NCBI GenBank assembly: GCA_943354835.1
Contig: CALRDH010000002.1
Span: 106,270 to 170,269, forward strand
Direction of reading: 5' to 3'
Length of the DNA stretch: 64,000 nt
Origin: a candidate division WWE3 bacterium
Lineage (GTDB): Bacteria; Patescibacteriota; WWE3; 2-01-FULL-39-13
Positions within the stretch are counted from its first letter, which is position 1. The number at the start of each line of letters is the position of its first letter. Shown one piece after another: positions 1 to 9,500 of this stretch. A program made the position numbers and the translations under genes. The notes under the pieces were generated by a model. It had not been told where the DNA came from. It ran no database searches and saw only the letters and a program-made list of their open reading frames with translations.

Positions 1-60
1 TCTAACTTTATTTGCGCCAAGCGCCGTTATTGATGATGTCGCAATTTCAAAAAATCTCAT
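1..60 (-). CDS. ABC transporter permease (MacB-like), 5' fragment running off the window
   Basis: ATG at 60-58 reads MRFFEIATSSITALGANKVR, a typical MacB/FtsX permease N-terminus; directly follows the ATPase gene. Confidence 0.7.
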   Translation of the reverse strand, partial: MRFFEIATSSITALGANKVR

Positions 61-63
61 ATT

Positions 64-747
64 TTATAAAGTCTTACTAATTTTTCCGTCTTTAAGTATT
101 ATCTTTCGGTTTGCAACTTCTGCCAATTCTTCGTCGTGCGTAACTATTACAATTGTTTTTCCTGATTTATTCAATTTACGAAATAGCTCAATAATTTCTG
201 TTCCTGTTTTTGAATCAAGATTTCCTGTAGGTTCGTCGGCCAAAATTAAATCTGGATCATTAATTAAGGCACGTGCAATTGCCACGCGTTGTTTTTGACC
301 TCCTGATAACTCATTTGGCTTATTATTTTTGCGATCTGATAAACCCACAATTTCTAACATTTTTAATGCCCTACTTTCCCATTCTGATTTTGGAACTTGG
401 CTGTATTTTAGTGGCAAAATAATATTGTCTAAAGATGATGTCCTTTGTAATAAATTGAATGATTGAAAAACAAACCCGATAGATCTGTTCCTTTGAAAAG
501 AAAGTTCATTCTGATTTAACCTGCTTACATCTTTATCATTTAAAAGGATGCTTCCTGAAGTTGGAGTATCCAAAAGTCCAATCAAATGCATCAAAGTCGA
601 TTTGCCTGAGCCAGATTTTCCAACGATCGATACAAACTCGCCTTTCTTTATTTTTATATCAACGCCAGAGAGTGCATTTATAACTTCACTCCCTAATCTG
701 TAAGTTTTAAAAACATTTTGTGTTTCGATAATTGTTTGTGTTGGCAC
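64..747 (-). CDS. ABC transporter ATP-binding protein (MacB/LolD family)
   Basis: Walker A GKSGSGKS, signature LSGGQKQRVAIARAL, Walker B LILADEPTGNLD, H-loop VTH. Confidence 0.95.
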   Translation of the reverse strand: MPTQTIIETQNVFKTYRLGSEVINALSGVDIKIKKGEFVSIVGKSGSGKSTLMHLIGLLDTPTSGSILLNDKDVSRLNQNELSFQRNRSIGFVFQSFNLLQRTSSLDNIILPLKYSQVPKSEWESRALKMLEIVGLSDRKNNKPNELSGGQKQRVAIARALINDPDLILADEPTGNLDSKTGTEIIELFRKLNKSGKTIVIVTHDEELAEVANRKIILKDGKISKTL

Positions 748-748
748 C

Positions 749-1819
749 TTATTTTTCTGACATTTTCCCAGGTTTGCCGTCTAAAAGTTCGATTTTTGAA
801 TCAGCTGATGTAATAACCTGTGTCAAACTATCTAGACCTATTACTTCTGTGTATAAATTACCTTCAACACCAATTTCGATATCCATTCTTCGTATAATAT
901 TTCCACTTACGAGTGTCCAAACGTAATTTGAACCATCAGTGTCTGTATATATTGCGTCAAATGGAATTGCATTTACAACGCCTTCTGATTTTTGAATAAC
1001 AACATCGACATCTCCAGTCATGCCGATAAGTATCGGGAGTTCATTATTAGCTTTATCTTCTACTTTAATTTTGATTATAAAACTTCCACTATTTGTTGAA
1101 CCTGTTTCTGCAGAAGCCGGAAGTTCATATACTTTTCCTTCAAATACTTCGTCTGAATATGCATCAAGTGATATGTGGACTGGTTGATCAATTTTAATTT
1201 TGCCAAAATCCTCTTGGTCAATAGCTACTTCAATATATTTCTTTGAAAGATCTGCGACTTGATAGATTGTTTCACCTGCGGACGCGACTTCTCCAACATC
1301 TTTTGTGACATTTAATACAGTTCCTGCAAATGGAGATCTAATTTTTAAATTATCAAGTGAACCGACTGTTGATTGATATGAGCTTTCGGCTTGGCTTATT
1401 AATTCATCATATTTTCTAATTTGAATTTTGTATTCATCGCTGTTATGAAAGTCACTAGAAGAATCTGCGTATGTATCTATATATGCTTCTTTATTTCTGA
1501 TTGCTATGTCTCTTGAATCTTTAGCGCTTTGTGAAGATTGTGCTTGTGGAAATGCGTATATTTGAGCTAAAAGCTGTCCTTTTGAAACTTGTGTACCTTT
1601 TTCTTTGCCTAGATATGATATTTTTCCGGAAGCTGCGAATGCAAGATCGGCTTGATTTTCGGATTTGACAACTCCGCTTGCTGATATTGTGCTTTCGACA
1701 TCAACCTGCTGAATTTCAACAAGGTTAACTGCAATTGGTGACTGCTTTGACCTTATAAAATATATGCTGATAATTAAGATTGCTATTGCAGAAGCAATAT
1801 ATATGTATTTTCTTTTCAT
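749..1819 (-). CDS. Efflux periplasmic adaptor / membrane fusion protein (MacA/HlyD-like)
   Basis: N-terminal TM, lipoyl half-motifs (SGKISYL..KGTQVSKGQLLA; IRSPFAGTV), IDQEDFGKIKIDQ beta-barrel; in operon with the ABC ATPase. Confidence 0.9.
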   Translation of the reverse strand: MKRKYIYIASAIAILIISIYFIRSKQSPIAVNLVEIQQVDVESTISASGVVKSENQADLAFAASGKISYLGKEKGTQVSKGQLLAQIYAFPQAQSSQSAKDSRDIAIRNKEAYIDTYADSSSDFHNSDEYKIQIRKYDELISQAESSYQSTVGSLDNLKIRSPFAGTVLNVTKDVGEVASAGETIYQVADLSKKYIEVAIDQEDFGKIKIDQPVHISLDAYSDEVFEGKVYELPASAETGSTNSGSFIIKIKVEDKANNELPILIGMTGDVDVVIQKSEGVVNAIPFDAIYTDTDGSNYVWTLVSGNIIRRMDIEIGVEGNLYTEVIGLDSLTQVITSADSKIELLDGKPGKMSEK

Positions 1820-2877
1820 GATTTTTTCGACTTTGTGACTTTGGGCTTAAGAACAAATTTATTCACTATAAGCCCTATCGATGACACTACAATTATAATA
1901 GATAAAGTTGAGCCGATAATTGGCGTCATTGTCAAAATATCTAAAAGCAAAACTCCTGTTATAAGTTGAAGAATTCCAAGCGGTCTTTTTTCAAAAACTT
2001 TTTGACCAAGTGCGATTGCTGGAATTACGTATCCAAAATAACCGACAAATATTGTTAGGAACGCAATAAAAAGCCCAATAGGAATACCTATGATTGATAT
2101 AAAAAGTGCCATTACAATAATAGGGATTAATATGGAACTTGCGACTCCAATTAGAATATTTCGTCCAAAACTTGTTTTATATGAAACTACAATGTCAGAC
2201 AATTTATCTTTGTTGATTTTAAGAAGTATAAGTCCGACTAATATCATGGTTAATGAGTGAAGAATTTTTGAAAGGATTAAATCTGATCTATTTGTGTTTT
2301 CAATATCCTCATCTTTCATTGTTTCTATAACTTGTCCATTTATGAAGGAATTTTCTAGAATTTCTGGTTTTGGTCCGCTGTAATATAAATTACCAATTAT
2401 TTTTCCGGAAATTGTGGAGATTATCTCTGAATCTGTTTGTTCAGGAGCATTTAAGTTAAGACTTTGGCCTATTCTTCCGTCTAGTACTAATTTATTTGTA
2501 AAACCGTATGCGTCTTTTTCTATTTCACCTAATGTTGAGACATAAACGTTGTCAGCAATATATAGTAATGATCCACTAATTGGTGCATTAACAGTAATTT
2601 GTTCTGCAACAATTCGAGCACTGCCTTTTATTGGAGAATTTATAGTGATTTTTTTGCCTATGGCAAAAAAATCACCTGCAATCTCTTTTTCAACAGTAAT
2701 ATTGTCACCGATTACAAAAACATCCGTGTTTTTATTTTCCTGAATTGAAATATCATTTGAAACCTCTATAAAAGGAGCTTCCTTTGAAAGAACTTCAGCA
2801 TTTGCAACATTTGGATTTATGATAAGAAGCAGGGCAATTAGAATCAAGGCGAAATTTGTTTTCATATTAATTTTCAT
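1816..2877 (-). CDS. Bactofilin-like beta-helix repeat protein with C-terminal multi-TM domain
   Basis: Signal peptide, repeated G-x-x-I-x-I/V...I-x-G-D/S motifs, four hydrophobic C-terminal helices; ATGA overlap with the adaptor gene. Confidence 0.7.
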   Translation of the reverse strand: MKINMKTNFALILIALLLIINPNVANAEVLSKEAPFIEVSNDISIQENKNTDVFVIGDNITVEKEIAGDFFAIGKKITINSPIKGSARIVAEQITVNAPISGSLLYIADNVYVSTLGEIEKDAYGFTNKLVLDGRIGQSLNLNAPEQTDSEIISTISGKIIGNLYYSGPKPEILENSFINGQVIETMKDEDIENTNRSDLILSKILHSLTMILVGLILLKINKDKLSDIVVSYKTSFGRNILIGVASSILIPIIVMALFISIIGIPIGLFIAFLTIFVGYFGYVIPAIALGQKVFEKRPLGILQLITGVLLLDILTMTPIIGSTLSIIIVVSSIGLIVNKFVLKPKVTKSKKS

Positions 2878-2966
2878 TTTAACATCTTTTGTATCGTATC
2901 AAATGATTTATCTTTTTCCCCTAATTTAACTTGGTTTAAATCGCATTAAGTGACAAAATAAATGTG

Positions 2967-3027
2967 TTGACGCAATGTATACAAACATATATACTTTGAA
3001 TACATCTCGTCGAAGATGTATACAAAC
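2967..3027 (+). promoter_or_regulatory. Sigma70 promoter with repeated operator-like sites upstream of fic
   Basis: TTGACG(2967)-17 nt-TATACT(2990); ATGTATACAAAC at 2975-2986 and 3016-3027. Confidence 0.7.
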
Positions 3028-3028
3028 T

Positions 3029-4177
3029 ATGCAAAACTTTAAAATTGGTTTAGATATAGAACAAAAAGAGGGTTATAAAGCATTTACCCCAAACATATTT
3101 CCACCTATAGGTGGTTTTGATTTTGAACATAAAATTTTAAAAAAGAATAATGAGGCAACTCGATTGCTTGGAAAACTTGATGGTATTACCAAACTACTCC
3201 CGGACGCTGATTTCTTCCTTTTGATGTATTTACGAAAAGATGCAGCTTCTTCAAGTCAAATCGAGGGAACTATGGCCACGATGATTGACGCTATTGAAGC
3301 AGAAATCAAAATTAATACAAACATACCTGACGATGTTGATGATATTTTGCATTACATCAAAGCACTTAATTATGGAATAAGGCGAATGAAATCAGATAAT
3401 TTTCCTATGGCACTTAGATTTATTCGAGAGTTGCATAAGCAATTGATGTCTAAGGCTCGGGCAACTCATTTTTCTGATCCAGGCGAATTCCGCAAAAGTC
3501 AAAATTGGATTGGAGGTACAAGACCAGATAATGCCAAATTTGTACCACCAACTGTTTTTGATATGCATAATGCGCTTAACGATTTAGAAAAGTTTATACA
3601 TTCAGATGATGTTACTCCAACAGTAATAAAAGCTGGATTGATTCATGCCCAATTTGAAACGATTCACCCTTTTTTAGATGGTAATGGAAGAACAGGAAGA
3701 ATGTTAATAACCTTTTATCTTTGGAAGGAAGGCTATTTGGAAAAACCAGTCTTGTTCTTATCGTCTTTTTTTAAGAAACATCAAAAGTTATATTATGAAA
3801 AGTTGTTTGATTATCATAATGGAAATGTATCTGATTGGATAGACTTTTTTCTTGATGGAGTAATTGAAATTGCTAATGAAGCCATTGATATCGTTGGGAA
3901 AATTACTTTTTTGCGATACACCGATACTATGAAAATTCAAAAACTTGGCAAGCGTGCTTCTGAAAGTGCAACAAGTGTCCTACCAAAATTATATGGTCAA
4001 CCAATAGTGAATGTTAATGTAATTCAAGAATGGACGGGGTTCACTCGGGCTGGTGCGCAATCAGTCATCGATAGATTTATTGAGCTTGAGATTTTATCAC
4101 CAAAAGACAAGAATAAGAAATACGGCCAATCATATATTTACAAGGACTACATCGAACTTTTTAGTAGAAAAGATTAA
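3029..4177 (+). CDS. Fic family protein (N-terminal DUF4172-like, C-terminal HTH)
   Basis: HPFLDGNGRTGR Fic motif and SSQIEG inhibitory motif; start moved to ATG 3029 because the longer ORF overlaps the promoter. Confidence 0.92.
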   Translation: MQNFKIGLDIEQKEGYKAFTPNIFPPIGGFDFEHKILKKNNEATRLLGKLDGITKLLPDADFFLLMYLRKDAASSSQIEGTMATMIDAIEAEIKINTNIPDDVDDILHYIKALNYGIRRMKSDNFPMALRFIRELHKQLMSKARATHFSDPGEFRKSQNWIGGTRPDNAKFVPPTVFDMHNALNDLEKFIHSDDVTPTVIKAGLIHAQFETIHPFLDGNGRTGRMLITFYLWKEGYLEKPVLFLSSFFKKHQKLYYEKLFDYHNGNVSDWIDFFLDGVIEIANEAIDIVGKITFLRYTDTMKIQKLGKRASESATSVLPKLYGQPIVNVNVIQEWTGFTRAGAQSVIDRFIELEILSPKDKNKKYGQSYIYKDYIELFSRKD

Positions 4178-4305
4178 TAAGCATAATCCAGTTTGTCTTT
4201 TCACTCCTTTAGGTGTATTATCCTCCCATCTTATATACGGGCCTGGCAAATTTATCAATAGACTTTAATGTCTGGGGATTTTTTGAATCTGGCCTTTTGT
4301 AAAAA

Positions 4306-5934
4306 ATGATATTAGATAAGATTCGAGAAAACTTAAAATCAGGTTTGACTGTTTCACTTATTTCTATACCTCTATCGGTATCATTAGCTGTTTCATCTGG
4401 AGTAACTCCAGTAGTCGGTATTATGACAGCAATTTGGGCTGGTATTATTGCCGCCATTTTTGGGGGAAGCAATTTTAATATTGTAGGTCCAACTGGCGCA
4501 CTTTCGGGAATAATTGCAGCATATGTGATTTTGCATGGTATGACCGGACTTCCGATTGTTGCAGTTCTTGTTGGAATTTTTATTTTAATTGCGTATGTTT
4601 TGAAATTAGAACGATATCTTATTCTTATTCCATCAAGTGTTATACATGGATTTACACTTGGAGTCGCCTTTATTATTGGTTTAGGACAGTTTAATTTTGC
4701 CTTCGGTCTAAAAAATCTTCCAGCACACGAGAGTCTTTTATTGAATATGTTTGAATCCGTTAAACATATTGGAAGTAGTTCTGTTTTAACCCTTTTTGTA
4801 TTTTTGATGTTTCTTATTGGCCTTTTAATGTTTAAGAAATTTACACCAAAACTTCCAGGAGCTATTATTCTTGCGCCAATTGGAATTTTAACTGGCTATT
4901 TAAGTGAAAGATCGATTATTCCTGTTGTTTTACAAACTTTAGGTAGTAAGTTTGGCGAAATCTCATTTCATTTTTTTGAAATTCCACATTTTCAATTTAC
5001 TTTTGACATGATCGAGACAGCAGCTGTTATTGCTCTTGTTGCGATTTTAGAAACTTTGCTTTCAGCAAAGATTGCAGATGGTATGACAGCAACAAAGCAT
5101 AATGAAAGAAAAGAAATGTTAGGACTTGGTCTGGCAAATATTGTTTCTGGATTAGTTGGTGGTATGCCAGCAACTGCAGCTTTGGCTCGTACTTCTCTTA
5201 ATATTAAAACTGGTGCAACGCATAAAACTTCAGCAATTATAAGCTCAATTTGTATTGCGATAATTTCAGTTATTTTCCTTTGCTATTTTAAGTACATTCC
5301 TTTAGCTGTTATTGCTTCGATTTTAGTTTATGTTGCGATTCAAATGGTCGAGCAGGAACATTATAAAAAGCTTTGGAAGTATGAAAGATTTGGCTTTTAT
5401 GTTTCTATTTTTGTTGCTATTGTGACGATTGTTATTGATCCAATTACTGGAATTCTTTTTGGTGTGTCAGTATCGCTTCTTGCTTTTGTTGACCGAATTT
5501 CTAAAGGTCACTTTGAGGCACATGTAAATAAATTTGAAGCTGGAATTGTTGATACCGTTTCTGGAGTTGATATAAGTGAAATTAAAGAAGATGGTGATGT
5601 TTTAGTTTATTCATTCAAGGGAAAGTTGTGCTACATAAATAGCCGTTCTCATCTTGGACGTTTTGAAGCTAATTTTAAAAAATATAAGTCAATTATTTTA
5701 AGGTTGCGCGAAGTCTACTTTATAGACGCGGATGGAATCGAAGCGCTTGATGAAATAATCGATATTGTAGAAGCAAGAGGACAAAAAGTACTATTATCTG
5801 GAATTAGCCAAAACACAAAAGACTTACTAGAGCAGTTATCATCTGGTTACAAAAAAATAAAAGCAAAGGGATTAATATTCGAAAAATCTGAACAAGGGTT
5901 AATTCATCTGGGAGTGAAGACTAGGAACCAATAA
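4306..5934 (+). CDS. SulP family inorganic anion transporter with STAS domain
   Basis: GLTVSLISIPLS, GPTGA, GGMPATAALART motifs, many TMs, C-terminal FIDADGIEAL STAS motif. Confidence 0.92.
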   Translation: MILDKIRENLKSGLTVSLISIPLSVSLAVSSGVTPVVGIMTAIWAGIIAAIFGGSNFNIVGPTGALSGIIAAYVILHGMTGLPIVAVLVGIFILIAYVLKLERYLILIPSSVIHGFTLGVAFIIGLGQFNFAFGLKNLPAHESLLLNMFESVKHIGSSSVLTLFVFLMFLIGLLMFKKFTPKLPGAIILAPIGILTGYLSERSIIPVVLQTLGSKFGEISFHFFEIPHFQFTFDMIETAAVIALVAILETLLSAKIADGMTATKHNERKEMLGLGLANIVSGLVGGMPATAALARTSLNIKTGATHKTSAIISSICIAIISVIFLCYFKYIPLAVIASILVYVAIQMVEQEHYKKLWKYERFGFYVSIFVAIVTIVIDPITGILFGVSVSLLAFVDRISKGHFEAHVNKFEAGIVDTVSGVDISEIKEDGDVLVYSFKGKLCYINSRSHLGRFEANFKKYKSIILRLREVYFIDADGIEALDEIIDIVEARGQKVLLSGISQNTKDLLEQLSSGYKKIKAKGLIFEKSEQGLIHLGVKTRNQ

Positions 5935-6571
5935 TTCTATAATGTCCGATTATTTCCCAGGTAAATAAAACATCCTCGAGTTGTGGTCCGCGTCCTGCAT
6001 TGTGAACAATTAAGTATCTTTGAGAGGTTAAATCAAATGCGTTCACAACAAGTCCTGTATGGACTCTGCCATTTGCAAATCTCCAGACTACTACATCACC
6101 TGGAATATAATCATTAGCATCATCTGTTACAGGCAGATCATAGTTTTTCCTTTGAAAATATGTTTGCAAATTTGGAACACGCCTATGGTCAATATTCTTA
6201 TCAGGTGCGGTTAAACCCCAGAGATTTGGATACACTTTAAAATTCGACGACATATCTTCGTGAATTTCTTTTTGTAAATCTATATCGATGTCTCTAAATG
6301 CCCTAATTATTACATCTGAACAGACTCCAACGTTCGCTGGAACATCTCCGTTTGGATAATCAATATCATAATAAGCAGGGTCGTATGTAACGGCACTTTT
6401 GGTTTGGTTGATTGTTGATTCTACAAGTGTTTTTATAGTTGGATTTTCGACTGTATTGTAGACTATGTTTTGGCTTGAGATATTAGTTAAGGACTTTAAT
6501 TTTACAAAAAAAACGCTAATTGGAATTGCGAATAACAAAAATAAAATTAGTAAAAGGGATTGAACTTTCAT
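5921..6571 (-). CDS. DUF1287 (YijF-like, NlpC/P60-related) secreted protein
   Basis: YDPAY..IDYPNGDVP..GVCSDVIIRA, DKNIDHRRVPNL, HTGLV, IVHNAG. Confidence 0.85.
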   Translation of the reverse strand: MKVQSLLLILFLLFAIPISVFFVKLKSLTNISSQNIVYNTVENPTIKTLVESTINQTKSAVTYDPAYYDIDYPNGDVPANVGVCSDVIIRAFRDIDIDLQKEIHEDMSSNFKVYPNLWGLTAPDKNIDHRRVPNLQTYFQRKNYDLPVTDDANDYIPGDVVVWRFANGRVHTGLVVNAFDLTSQRYLIVHNAGRGPQLEDVLFTWEIIGHYRIIGS

Positions 6572-6573
6572 AA

Positions 6574-9500
6574 TTATTTATTTTTAGCTGTTCTTTTTTT
6601 TCGAATCAAGATGAATAGCAAAATTATAATAAGTATTGGAGTTCCAATAAATAATACGTAAATAACTTTTTGCTTAACGGAGGTGGATTCATTAGGTATT
6701 TTATTTGTTTGTTGTACTTGGGTTGTTTCAATTTTAACCGAGTTTAAATCTAAAGCGTTTTTACCATCAACTGTAAATGTTTCTGCAGTAGTTGACGCCC
6801 AGGTAGATGGATCGCTATTTAATTTCACTACAGCAGGTGGAACATTAAAAGTGCCATCTGATAATACGCGTGCTTTGTATTTGTAAACATATGTGCCAGA
6901 TAAGTTCCATGTAGAGAAATTTAGTTTAATTCCTTGATCTGTAATTTTGTGAGAAGCTGTTCTATCGGTTTGTCCAGGGATATCATCAAAGTTACCATTG
7001 TCTAGGCTTTGATCAATGGCCATTAGTCCAGCAGGTAAGTAATCTACTATTTCAACATTGTCTTCACCTAAACCTAGTCCGTCAATTTGTAATTGAACAA
7101 TAATTAAATCACCAATTTCTATTGGTTTTTTATTAATGTTTGTAGATAAATATTTTCTTGTAATTTCTAGATCGTTATTTTCCGCTGGATGTGATTTATC
7201 AATTACAAACTCTTTTTGAACTAATGCGCTATTAAGTTGACCATTGCCATTTTTTTCAATAATTATTTTTGAATTTGAATCGAATAATGATGCCGGAACT
7301 TTTACTGATTTTAATTGTTGCTGTGTACTTGATACCGTTCCTGTTGCTAAAACCTTTTGGTCAGCAATTACTTTATATGAATAATTTGGATTTATTTGAT
7401 CGGTATCTTGAAAGTATTTAATAATTGTTAAAAGTGTTAGTGCTTGAATTTCAGGTTCTGATTGAGGGTTTCTGTAAAGATAATCTAAAGCCTTTTCTAT
7501 ATCTATTGTTTTTGACCCAATCTGTTGTGAAGCATATACAGCCCATGCTGTTGGTCCTAAAATAATGTATTTTTGACTATTATTTGGTTTGACGTATATG
7601 CCCCTCCATGCCAATTGATTGTTAGTTGAATATGCGATTTCTGGTAATCTACTTTCTGCTTCTTTAGATATATCAAAACCTTGTCTTTTGTTAGCAATTA
7701 AGGCTCGTGAAATATATTCTGGATCTTTTGAAGAAGTTATATCTAATGCATGGCTATTTTGTTTTTTATCAGGAAATAGGGAAAGAGTGTACTGTTGTAA
7801 AAGATCTATCTTTGCCGAGGATTTATTTTGTTTGTAAATATAACTTAGCGTCTTATCAATAAAACTTTGATCAATTTCGTAGCCTGCTTTTCTCGCGATA
7901 GATATTGACTCTAAAATAAATATTGTTGCGTCAATGTCTATTGTGTTTATTGTCTGATTAATCCAATAGCCATTTGGATCTTGGTTATCTTTAAGAGAAT
8001 CGATTGCAGTCTTAACTTCTTGGTTAAGTTCATTTTGATTAAAATAAATTCCAAGGTCTTTGCCATTTTGCTTTAGCAAACTAGCTGCAATTAAAGTTGC
8101 AGCGTTGTCATAAATTGAACCACTGTATTGATTATTCACCAATGGGAGCAAAATTTTATCTATCTCATTATAACGACTGGCTTTGAGTTCAATACTTGAT
8201 TCGAGACGTTTACTATCCGTGCCACTTGTTGGGTTTAAAGAAAAACTTGCAGAATCAGTTTTTTTATCTATTTGTGTTTGCCAAGATCCATATTCATATA
8301 TTGGAAACTTCTCAATTGCATTATCTATCAAGTTACGATTATTTTGTCCTTGTGATTTAACGTTAAAGATAGCATTTTCGTTCATGCCAGTAATCTTTGT
8401 GGGAAATTTAATTTCCTGTATATCATTTGTATCTACTACAATTTGTTGTATCGATGATGACATATCGCCACCTGAAAGTTTTGCTTCTACAGAAAAATTG
8501 TCCTGATTTTTCGAAAAATTATTTATTAAAGCCGATAGAGTTAGCTGATCGCCAGTTCTTGCAAACATTGGAAATATTGGTCTAACAACGAAATCTTTTG
8601 TAACGATAAATTCGGTTTGGCCGGTACCAACTTGAGTCTTATCATTAGCAGTTATTGCAGCAGCCACCCAGGTAGTTAAATTGTCTGGTAGTGTAATTGT
8701 TACAGATGCTTTTCCGTCTTCGCCTGTAGAAATATTGGGGTTCCAGTAAGCAGTATCTTTATATTGTGAACGTGAATTATCTTTATCATTGTGAACATAA
8801 ATATCATTTGCAAAAAACGTATGAAAATTTTCGATTGCTAAGTTGTATACATCAAAATTTCCTCTTATCCATTCAATTGAATAAACTTCTAATCTAGTTT
8901 TATCGGATTTAAGCAGTGAATCACCAATATTAATTTCTCCTGCAGGAATCCATTTATTATTAACAAATAAAATATGTTCCGGAGTTATTTTAAATGAACT
9001 ATTTATAATCATGTATCCATCAACCTTTACAGCATGTGTTCCGGTCACCATTGCTGCTGCTTTTTCCTTAGTGCTAGTAGATCTGAATGTTTGAATTAAA
9101 TCGCCTTTAGCTACTTCATCTATTCTCTTTTTACTACCGTCAGACATGGTTATTAATGTATCGCCAGCAAAACAACCGCCTCCGCCTCCCCCTCCGTCAT
9201 TACTTGAAATTCCTTGATATGAATAATTTGTGGAAGTACTAAAACTTCTCTTATACCAAAAATTTTCATAAACACGATCAAACGAATTGTTATGTAATTC
9301 CAGTAATGCTTTATCAAAGACCCAAAATGCCATATCTGTTTTTATTAGGTTGCCATTACTATCTTTAGCAGTAATATCAAACTGAGCAGTTTCCCCAGGC
9401 TTGAAGGTTTTTTGTGATGGATCAATAGATACGAAAACTTTTTTATCATTAGTATCGACAGGAATATCTAAAGTAGATTTTTTCCATGATTCATTTAGGA

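Noticed and set aside
8788-9174. Classical mobile intein
   Set aside because: No homing endonuclease, +1 residue is Asp, and it lies in a variable surface linker rather than a conserved active site
9175-9195. G-rich run before the Hint domain as a slippage tract
   Set aside because: Mixed Gly codons with longest run of five, consistent with selection for a Gly linker
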